Origin: Rebecca billardiae RCC1528
Taxonomy: Eukaryota > Protista > Haptophyta
DNA length: 64,000 nt
Assembly (NCBI GenBank): GCA_965240325.2
Contig: OZ251224.1
Span: 1,488,001-1,552,000 of the forward strand
Direction: 5' to 3'
Position 1 is the first letter of the stretch; every line of letters begins with the position of its first letter. This document shows positions 45,395 through 55,628 of the stretch, in pieces. The translations under genes and the position numbers were made by a program. The notes under the pieces are model-generated. The model was not told where the DNA came from. It did not search any database and worked only from the letters and a program-made list of their open reading frames with translations.

Positions 45395-46048
45395 TGACCG
45401 CGTTCCGCGGTCCTTTTCCGTAGAACGAACGTAGTTCGGGGCCCGCGGTGGCGGTGCACCCTCCGTCGCAGTCGTCTATTGACAGACCAGTTGCATGCCC
45501 GTACAACTGCATGCCCGTACAACTAGTCTCCAGCGGCGCGCCGGCGCCGGCGCGGCGCCGGCGGCGCCGGGCGCGGGCCCATCGCAGCCGCCGGGCGGTT
45601 TTGTACAGGCGGATGCGACGAGGCGTGATCGACTCATGAGCGCGACTCCACGTGCACGCCAGGCCACGTGGAGCTGACAGCCAGGGAACACGGTGCGGGG
45701 CCGCGGATTCGTTCGGGCCGCTGCTGCTGACCGCTGTCTGTCGTCACCGTGTGCCGGCAGCGCCGCCGAGGAGTAGATGATTTGCACTGGTGTCTGGTCC
45801 GAGTAGGGTTCGACCAGCGCCTGCGCGACGGCCGACAGGCGGGCGCGAGGCGTGATCGACGCATGAGCGCAACTCTACGTGCACGCCTGAGGCCACGCGG
45901 AGCTGACAGCCAGAGGGAGCACTGTGTGTGCCGCCGAGGTGCGAGAGCACCGGAGTGATCGTTCGCGAGCGCCGCGCGTGCACTGCACGGGCCGACCCAC
46001 CTCGGTCAGGCTCGGCACGCGTCGCTGCGTCGCAGAGCCAGAGGCCCA
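45395..46048 (-). mobile_element. 5'-truncated copy 4 of the same family, fused directly to copy 3
   Basis: Reverse-complement homologue of ~12250-12856, including the hairpin end. Junction CACCGCGGGCCA|TGACCGCG. Right boundary approximate. Confidence 0.7.
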
Positions 46049-46103
46049 TAACTTGAGCTGATCGTGTAGCTAGCTAGACGTAGTCATCAGCATATATTAT
46101 TCG

Positions 46104-49100
46104 TCATCGCGCGAGCGGCTGGCCACCGGCGGCACCGCCGCCCGCTGCTCGCGATGACGACGAGCCCGGCAGCCCGCGCGGCGTGGGCGTCGCTGCGCTC
46201 ACGGGGCCGCCCGCGGACGACGCCGAGGGGCCGCGCGCCGAGCGGCGCGCCGGCCCGCCCGAGCTGGCGGGCGAGGTGAACGTCGCGCCGGCGGCGCCGC
46301 CTCGGCACGCGCCGCTCGGCGCGCCGCGCGCGCCGGCGCCGTGCCCGGCCGCGGCGCCGCCGCTCGGCCGTCCGCGCGCCGGGTTGTTGAGCTGCTGCAG
46401 GTACTCGGCGTACGAGGCGGGGCGCCGCCGAGCGCCGCCCTCGGACGCGCGCTCGGAGCCGGCGTCGACCGAGGAGCCTTCCTCCTCGTCGTCGCTCGGC
46501 GGCGGCGCGGCCCGCGCCGAGCCGGGATCAGACGCGTGCTCCGAGCCTCGCGCGGCGCGGCGGCTCGGCTCGGCGTCGCCGCCCGCCGCCCAAGCCGCGC
46601 CCGGCGCGGGCCGCTGCGCCGAGGCGCCGCCGCGCGCGCGTGCGGCCGCGTCGGCGCTCCAGCCCGGCCCGAGCACCTGCTCCGCAGCCGACCAGCTCGG
46701 TGGGCCAGCTTGGGGCGCGCGCGCGCCGCCCAGCCACGCAGCCGCGGACGGCCCGCCCGCGCGCGCCGCCATCGCCGCCGGCCGCGTCGCGAGCGCGTGC
46801 GAGCGCAGCTGCGGCGGCGGCGGCGCGCCCGCGGCGCCCGCGGGCAGAGTCTCGGCCGCGGCCGCCCCCGGGGGCGCGCACGCGCCGCGCGGGAGCGTCG
46901 CGGGCGTGAGGGAGCGACCCGCCCCGGCGGCGGCGGCGGCGCACAGCGGCTGCGCGGGCCGGCCGGCGCCGCCGCCTCGCCCGTCGACGGCGGCGGCGCA
47001 CGAGCTCGCGCCCTTCTCGTCGCCTGCATCGGCCTCGCCGCCGTTGAGCGCGTCAATGCACTCGCGCACGTGTGCGCGCAGCGTCCGCGCCTCGTGCACG
47101 AGCGCGGCCTCGCGCTCTCGCGCGCCGAGCAGCCGCAGCTCGGCGTCCACGCGGAGGACGTGCGCGCCCAGCAGGTTGCGCCGGGCGAGCGCGTCGCTCA
47201 GGTGCGCCTGCAGCGCGGACGAGTCCGGCTGCGCCGGCGCGGAGGGGTCCGGCTGCGGGCCGGACGCGGCGGCGGAGGCGGCTGGCGGGCGGACGCCGGC
47301 CGTGGCGGCGGCCGCGGCGGCGCGCCTCCGCCCTTCGAGTCTCTCGCGCAGCGCGGCCACCGCCTCCTCCACCGCCTGCGCCTCCACAGCGAGCGCCTCC
47401 ATCTCCGCCTCGAGGGACGCGAGCGTGCGCGCCGCGGACGCGCCCGCCGCCGCATCGCCCGCCGCGGCCGCGCCGCCCTCCGCGTCCGCGTCGGCGCCGC
47501 CCTCCGCCTCGGCCAGCGCGCCGCCGTCCGCTCCGACCGCCGAGAAGGCGGCGACCTCGAGGCAGCGCAGCAGCCGCGCGCGCACGGCGCCAAGCGTGCC
47601 GTGCGCGCGCTGCTCGGCCGCACCCGCCTGCGCGCCCTCGGCGCCGCCGCCGAGCAGCGGCGGGCCGGGCTGCGGCGGGCCGCCGAGCGCGCGCGCCGCC
47701 CGGAGGCGCGCGTCGAGCGCCGCCGCGCGCGCCTCGGCGTGGCCGGCGCGCGCCTCGGCGCTCGCGAGCGCGGTGGCGAGCGCCGCGCTGCCGCGCTCGC
47801 GCGCGTCCGCGCCGCCGCCGCCATCGCTCAGCTCGGCCGCGAGCGCGGCGCTCAGCCGCTGCGCGCCCGCCGCCTCCGCCTCGAGCTCGCCAAACTCTGC
47901 GGCGAGCGCGGCGCGCTCGGCGCGCGCGCGCGCGCTCAGCTCTTGCACGGCCGCGGCTAGGTGGGCGTCTGCGGCGCCCGCGCGCGCGCGCCACGCGTCG
48001 AGCTCCGCGCGCGCCGCCTCGGCGTCCGCGCGCGCCGCCGCGAGGAGCTGCTGCTGCTGCTGCCGCGCCGCTGCGGGGCTCTCCGCGCCCGCAGCCGACG
48101 CGCCGGCCGCCAGCGGCCCGGAGCGGTGCACGCCCGCGGTCGCAGGCGCGAGGCCTGGGGTCAGGCCGGGCGGCGGCGACGCGGCGGGCCGCGTCGACGG
48201 CGGCCGCGCGGCCGGTGGGTGTGGCGAGCGCGCGCGCGGCGCGACGCCGGCCGCCGCGCCCCCCGGCGGCGGCGGCGGCGGCGGCGGCGAGAGCGTGCGC
48301 CCGTCGGCCGACGCCCGACGTGGGGCGCACGGGCCGCCAGGCCCGCCTGGCGAGGCGGCGCGCGCGCTCATGGCCGCGGCGCGCGCGTCCGCGGCGGCGG
48401 CCGCGGCTGCGAACACGTCGTGCTGCCCCTGCTCGGCCCAGCCCGCGGCGGCAGCCTCCGTCGGCGCGGCGCCGCGCGCGGGGAGGGCCCAGCCGGCGCT
48501 GCTCGCAGCCGGCGGCCGCGCGCACGGCGGCGGCGGCGCGGGCGAGGCCCAGCCGCCGTCGCCGGCCGAGGAGCCGACAGTCGCGTGCGCTGGCCGCAGC
48601 GCGCCGCCCTGCGCGCGCGCGGTGCTCGGCGGCGCGGCCGAGTGCTGCGGCGCGCACGCCGGGCGGCGCGGGTCTGTGCTCGAGAGCGCGGCCGCGCGCG
48701 CCGCCGCGCCGCACCCTCCGCCCGCCGCGTCGGGCGCAGCGTCGCACGCCGCATCTGCCATCTCCGGGGCGGCGTGTACGGCGCGGCTGCGAGTGAGCGC
48801 GCCGCTCGCCTGCGCGCCCGCTTCGGCGCGCGCGACGGCGTGCGTCTGCCCCGCGGCGTCGGCGGTGCGGCGCGCGTCGGTCTGCGCGCCCGCCTCCGCC
48901 CGCGCCAGCCAGCTCGCCGCCTGCGTCGCCACGCTGCGCGTCGGCTGCGCGGCCGCCGCGCGCGCCGCGCGCGCAGCAAACCGCTCGGCGCGCGCCGCCA
49001 GAGGCTCATAGGGGGCGCCCGGCGCGGGCGGCGCGGCGCTCGGCGCGGTCGGCATGCGCGGGTGCGCCGCGGCCGCGTGCGCCGCGGCGCCGCCCTCGCG

Positions 49101-50599
49101 CGGCGGCGCCGCGCGCGCGTCGAGCAGCGCGCCGTACGACGCGAGCGCCGCGCGCTGCAGCGCCGCGAAGCTCGCGAGCGCATCCGCCGCCTCCGGCCCG
49201 AGCGCGGGCGCGGCCGCGCCGAGCTGCGCGGGCGTTGGCGGGGGGCACTCGGCGAGCGAGCGCGAGATGGCGGCGGCGGGGACGGAGGGCGCGGGCGCGC
49301 CGCGCAGCGTCGACGCCAGCGTCGCGGGCATCGCCGCCTGCAGCTGCTCGAGGTACCACAGGCAGAGCTTGCGGTCGGAGCCGATCTGCGCCGCCACGGC
49401 CTCAAGGGACAGGCGCACCGCCGGCCGCGCGCCGCCGGCGTCCGCGGCGGCGGCGGCGGCCGCGCCGACGGCGGCGCTCGGCTCGGCCTCGGCCGCGCCC
49501 GCGCCCGGCCAAGGCGGCGCGAACGGCGCGCCGCCCGCGTGCAGCAGCGCGGACAGCGCCCCGAGCAGCCATCGCTCGCACAGCAGCCCGTGTGTCGCCA
49601 CCCTCTGCGCGTACGCGCACAATGCAGACGCGCCCTCGGTCGCGGCCGCAGACGCGTCCGCGCGCCCCTCGAGCTCGGCGAGCGCGTCGAGCGCGGCGTC
49701 GAGCTGCGCCTGCACAGGCGCGAGCGCGCGCGCCGTCGTCTCCGCCAGCCGCTCGGACGAGGCGTGCGCGGCGGAGAGCGCCCCCAGCGCGACCTCCGCC
49801 TCGGCGGCGGCCGACGCTGCGCCGCCGGCCGCCGCCGGCCGCGCGGGCGGTGGCGTGCGCGGCGCGGCGCGCGGCGCGTCCGCGGGCGTGCCGGGCGCGG
49901 CGGGCACCTCCGCGCCGAGCGCGCGCAGCTGCGCCTTCAGCCGCGCCGCCTCCGCCCGCGCCGACTGCAGCGCCGCGTGCGCCTCCGCCGCGTCGGCGCG
50001 CGCGCCGTCCGCGTCCGCGCGCACAGCGTCGAGCGCGCGCCGTGCGGCGGCCTGGTCGGCGCGCGCGCGCTCCTCGACGGAGGCGAGCGCCGTCTCGAGC
50101 TCGGCGAGGTGCGCCTCCTCCGCGCCGAGCAGCCGCTCCGCGCCCTCGCGCGCCTCCGCCTCCGCCTCCGCCCTCGCCCTCGCCGCGTCGTCGCGCGCGC
50201 GCTTGGCAGCCGCGCGCTCGGCCGCCGCCGCCTCGCGCAGCGCACGCACTTCGGGCAGTCCCTCCACCTCGGCGGAGGACAGGGAGAGCGGCGGCGGGGG
50301 CAGGTCGTCGGTGCTCACGCCGCGCGCGGTGCCGGCCGCGCTCGCCTGCACGCCCACCGCGCGCCCCGCCCCCGCCGCCGTCTGCACGCCAGCCGACGCC
50401 ACGCGCGGCCTGGGCGGCGGCGGCGGCTCGCGCGGCATCGGAGGCGGCGGCGGCGGCGGCGGCTCGAGCTGCGACACATCCGGCCCTGCGGCGCGGTCGC
50501 GCGTGAGGATGCGCGCGGCGACGGCGGCGTCGACCGCGGGCAGGCGCTCGCCGCGCAGAACCGCCCTCAGGGACCCGCCCTGCTCAGCGCCCGCGCAGC

Positions 50600-50643
<44 letters not shown>

Positions 50644-53261
50644 TCGCCCGCGCCCGCGCCCGCGCCCGCGCCGTCGGCCGCCGGCCGCGCGCGGAAGGAG
50701 GCGCCCCGCGAGCCGGCGCCGCCGACGATGGCGTGCAGCGAGGCCTCGAGGTCCTCGAGCTCGAGCAGCAGCTCGGCGCCCTCGCGCACGCTGCCCTCCA
50801 CCAGGTCGGCGCTGAGCCCTTGGGAAGTTTCGCGGACACTTCCGCCCGGCGCGCCGGAAGCGGCGGCGGTCGGCGGCGGCGCGGGCGCGGCCGGGCGGCC
50901 GCGCTCGGCCGCGCCGCGCGGCGGCGAGGCCGTGTGCTCCGGTGCTGAGGCGGCGGGGTGCGCGCGCGCATCGGCGGCCGCGCCCGCGCGCGCGCTGCTC
51001 GCCGCGTCGCTCGCGGCCGCGGCCACCACCTCCGCCACCTGCGCGCGCCGCTCCGCCTCGGCCGCGCGCGCGCGCTCCGCCGCCAGCGCCTGCCGCGCGC
51101 CGCGCAGCTCGGCGGCGCTCGCGTCCGCCGCGCGCTCGAAGGCGACGATGCGCGCGGACTGCGCGGCGATCTGCTCGTACAGCTGCTTGTGCGTGCCCCC
51201 GAGCCGCGCCTCGCCCGCCTCGCGCCGCACCGCCTCGAGCGCCTCGCGGTGCCGCGCCTCCGCCGCCTCGGCCGCCGCGGCCGCGCCCGCCTCCGCCGCC
51301 CCCCGCTCGGCGCGCGCCGCGCCGTCCAGCGCAACGGCGAGCTCCTCCTCCGCCTCGCGCGCGTGGAGCTCGGCGTGGAGCTTGGCGCGCTCGAGCTCGG
51401 ACGTGCGCTGCCGCGCGAGCTCGAGCTGCGCGCGCGCCTCCGCCACCTCCTCCACGCGCGCCTGCGCGGCGCGCTCCGCGTCGGCGCGCGCGGCGCGCGC
51501 CTCGGCCGCGGCCGCGTCGGCCGCGGCCGCCTGCTCGCGCGCGCGCTGCGCTTCCTCTGCGGCGGCGGCGGCGAGGGCGTGGACCTCGGCCTCGGAGGCC
51601 TCGTGCGCGCCGTCGGCGTGCGCGAGCTGCGCGCGCAGCGCCTCCTCGCGCGCGCGCGCCTCCGCCGCCGCCGCCTCCGCGCTCGCCTCCGCCTCGGCAA
51701 GCCGCGCCGCCATCGCGCGCACCTGCGCTGACGCCAGCGTTGCTTCCTCGCGCGCCGTGCGCTCGCGCGCGGCGAGCGGCGCGACCTCGTGCTCCCACAC
51801 GGCGGCGAGGGCCTCGTCGGTCGCGCTCGGCGTCTGCGAGCCCGCGCCCGCGCCGCCCGCCCGCGCCGCCGCGTGCAGCGCCGCAAGCCGCTCCTCCGAG
51901 CGCGACGCTGCCCGCGCCTCGTCCAGCGCGCGCGACAGCCTCGCGCACTCCGCCTCGGCCGCGCGCAGCCGCTCGGCGTGCGCCTCGTGCGCGCGGCGGA
52001 GCTCGGCCTGCGCGAGCTCGAGCGCGCGCGCGGAGGTGGCGCCGCGCGTGCGCTCCGACGCGAGCGCCTCGCCCAGCTCGGCCGCGCGCCGCTCCAGCCG
52101 CGCCGCCGCCGCGCCCCTCTCCTCGGCGAGCGCGTCCGCGCGCGCGCACGCGTCCGCGAGCGCGCGCACGCGCTCGGCGAGCGCGCCGCGCTCGCGCTCG
52201 AGCTCGGAGGCGTCGGCGGCGTCGGCGGCGGGCCGCGCGCGCGCCGAGCGCGGGTCCGGCTGCGCGCCGCCGCCCGCGCCGCCCTCCGCGCCCCCCGCCA
52301 CGTGCGCGCGCGCCCGCTCGGCGGCCGAGAGGGCGCGCGGCGCCGCCTGCGCGCGCAGCTGCGGCAGCCACGCCGCACCGACCTCGCGCGCGAGGTTGAG
52401 CGTGTGCTCGAGGTGGGCGGCGAGCGGCTCGGTCGAGCCGTCGTCGAGCAGCCCGCGCACGCTGCGCAGGTCGCGCACCAGCTGCTCCGTCGCGCTCGCC
52501 AGCCGGCGCAGCGTGCCGCCGCTGCCGCCCGCGGCGCCGCGCGCGCCCTCTGCCGCCTCGGCCTGCTCGGCGCCGTCGGCGCTGCACTCGGCGAGCTGGC
52601 GGAGGGCGGCGCCGAGCTCGGGGATCCAGACGGCGTGCAGCTGCCTGGCGCGCTCGAGGCTCGCGCCCACCGCGCGCTCGAGCGCCTCGCCGCCGCGCCG
52701 GCCCGACGCCGCGCCCACCGCCGCCGACGTCTCGTCAATCAGCATGGAGGCGCACGCCTGCGCGCGGCCGAGCGCGCGCTCGAGCGCGAGCGCGGCGGAG
52801 AGGGCGGGGTCGCGCGACGCGCCGGGCGCGGGCGAGGCGGAGCGCTCGAGCACGTCGAGCGACTCCTCCAGCTCGGCGTTGCGCGCGTCGAGCTGCTGCA
52901 CCTGCGCGCGCAGCGCGGCGCCGTGCGCGCGCGCATCCTCCAGCTCCGCCTGCAGCCGCTCGATCTGCGCGTCGGCGGAGGGCGCGGTGGCGGCGCCGAG
53001 CGGGAGGAGGGTGCGGCGGCACTCGCTCGCGCTCTTGAGCAGCATCGGCACCCACACCGCGTCAAGCTCGCGCGCCGCCTTGAACGAGCTCTCCGCGTGC
53101 GCGAGCAGCTCGGCCGAGACCGGCCCGTCCGACTTGGACGCGCTCAGCAGCAGCTTGGAGACGGCCTGGAGCAGGCGCTCGGTGCAGCCCTGCGAGCCGT
53201 TGACGCGCTCGATCAGTGAGGTCACCGCGGGGGCGGCGCCTTCGCCGCCGATCGCCGGCAT
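46104..53261 (-). CDS. Giant Ala/Glu/Arg-rich coiled-coil protein (2385 aa)
   Basis: Uninterrupted ORF with heptad-like segments (IERLQAELEDARAHGAALRAQVQQLDARNAELEE). Three N-terminal repeats of the form 'ARELDAVWVP'. Confidence 0.8.
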
Positions 53262-53470
53262 CGGTGGACGGGGCCCAGGGGAGGCTCACAATGACAACGG
53301 GACCAGCATTGCCGGATTCAAACCCAGGCCGCCATCGCCGATCGCCGAGTCTCCCCGGCACACAGTTGGGGAGAGTCCGGGGTGGCTCCACAAGTCCGGC
53401 GCCCGCCCTGGTCCCCTGGTGAAGCAGCGGCTAGCGGCGCGGCTTGCACGCGCGCGTCGTCGGCACAGAC

Positions 53471-54866
53471 ATGGCGGCCGAGGTGGCATCCTTCCTGCAG
53501 CGCCAGCGCGAGACGCATGCGGATGCGGCGAGCGAGTATGCGCGGATGGAGGATCTCTACACGCGCAAGCTCTGGCACCAGCTCTCGCTCGCGATCGCCG
53601 AGTTTGTCACGCAGCCGCGGCTGCAGGGCACGGATGGCACCGAGCTCGCCGAGCTGTACGACAACTTTATCAAGCACTTCGAGACGAAGATGAACCTGCT
53701 CGCGCTCGCCAAGCTGGTCATCGCGATCTCGCGCTTCTTCCCGCCCGAGCGCGCGAAGCTCTTCGTCACATCCCTCCTCGACAAGCTGACGGATGACCCT
53801 GAGGCGCTCACGCTGTGCAAGGCGGAGCTGGCGGCGCTCCACCTCAAGGCGGGCGACGTGGTGGAGTGCAGGTCAATGCTCGACGAGGCTGAGAGCGTGC
53901 TCAACACGCTCGCCGGGCTCGACACCGAGGTGCACATCTCCTTCTACACAACCCTCACAGCGTACTACAAGGTGCGGCACGCCGCGCCGCGCGCCTCCGC
54001 CGGCCGCTGCCGCCTCGCGCCGGCCGCGCGGCTCACGCCACGTGCGCCCCCGCCCCTACCCCGCCCTCTGCGCGCCGCGGCCGCGCGCCGCCGCGCAGTT
54101 GCAAGGACCCGCCGCCGAGTTCTACAAGTCGGCGCTCCTCCTGCTCTCGTACCAGCCGCTCGAGAAGATGGTGCCGGCCGCGGCGGCCACGCTCGCGTTC
54201 GACCTGGGCATCGCGGCGCTCGTGGGGAAGGGGGTGTACAACTTTGGCGAGCTGCTGCAGCAGCCGGTGATCGGGCTGCTCGAGAGCACGGGCGCGGAGT
54301 GGCTGGCCACGCTCCTCCGCGTCTTCAACGCCGGCGACATCGAGCAGTACGAGGAGCTGATCAGCTCGTTCCGCGCCAAGCTCGAGGGCCAGCCCGCGCT
54401 CGTGACCAACGCCGGCTTCCTCAAGGAGAAGATCGCGCTCATGTCGCTGATGGAGCTCGTGTTCGCGCACGTGGGGCCCTCGGCGGACCACGCGCTCTCC
54501 TTCGAGCTGGTCGCGCAGCGCACCAAGCTGCCCGTCGACCAGGTGTGTGCGCGCGCGCCCGGCGCGGTGCCTGTCGGGCGCTGTGGTCGGAGCGCCACCC
54601 TCACGCGCGACGCTCCGCCGCGCACTCGCTCGCCTGCGCAGGTGGAGCTGCTGTTGATGCGCGCCATGTCGCTCGAGCTCGTGCGCGGCGAGATCGACCA
54701 GGTGGAGCAGCTCGTCACCGTGACGTGGGTGCAGCCGCGCGTGCTCACGCACGCGCAGGTGGCCAACATGTCGCAGCTGCTACAGACGTGGACTGTGCAG
54801 GTGCAGGACACGCTCTCCTTCCTCGAGGCGGAGGCACCCGAGTTCGGGCACGACGCAAACTTCTAG
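53471..54866 (+). CDS. RPN9: 26S proteasome lid subunit RPN9/PSMD13; exons 53471-53971, 54099-54542, 54642-54866 (389 aa)
   Basis: LYTRKLWHQLS, YNFGELL, LKEKIALMSLMEL, VELLLMRAMSLELVRGEIDQV, WVQPRVL. Two phase-0 GT-AG introns of 127 and 99 nt. Confidence 0.95.
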
Positions 54867-55628
54867 GCGGCGGCCGGGCGGGGCACGGTCGGCGCGCTGC
54901 CGCGCCCGCGGCGGACGGGCGCGGCGGCTGTGCGGCTCGTTGGCTGGCATTGGGTGGCAGAAGGGGCTGAGCAGGCCGGGCTGGCGGTGGCCGCGGCCCG
55001 GCCACTCAATCCGCGCCGTGGGGCTCAGCGGCAGCGTGCACTCAGCACCACGGTGCGCAGGGATTGTCGTGCGGAGCCTCAGCCTGCGCGTGGTCATCGA
55101 TCGACGCCTCGAGCTCACGTCAACGTACGGTGGCAGACGCCGCCGCAGACGAGTCAAGTGACGACTGTCGACTGCATGACGAATTTCAATTTGAATTTGA
55201 GACTGTGACCGTGTCGCACGCCCCGCCGCACCGTCGGCGACTCACGCACTCGGCGAGTCGGCGACTGTTCTGTGTTCACTGAGTTCACTCCAGCTGTTGT
55301 CTGTCAGTGTCGCGGATAATCAGACTCGGCTAGTAGTGCTGCTGGACGAGCTCAGCACGCATACAGTAGCACCGCCGCCCGGCCGGCCGCGCCACGTCGG
55401 CCACGACCCCGAACGCTGGCTCGCCACCTTCAACAGTTCAAGTTCAACGGCTATAATTAATAACCTTTCCGGCGGCGGCGCCAAAAACCGAGCGGCGGCA
55501 GAAGTCCTCGTTTGCGGCGAATCAATGCCTTTGATGCTCCGCCGCGGACGAAATACTCTCGTAGTCGTCACCGTGACGAACGTGCGTCCAACTCACATCA
55601 GCGCCGCGCCCCAAACGCATCGCGCGTC

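Noticed and set aside
53300-53395. tRNA-like T-arm (minus strand CCTGGGTTTGAATCCGGCAATGC) next to a TCTCCCC/GGGGAGA hairpin
   Set aside because: No matching 5' acceptor strand or D-arm. It lies in the 209-bp divergent promoter. tRNAscan-SE would settle it.
46183-53796. Plus-strand ORFs of 942-1580 aa
   Set aside because: Antisense shadows of the coiled-coil gene, expected from stop-codon scarcity at this GC content.
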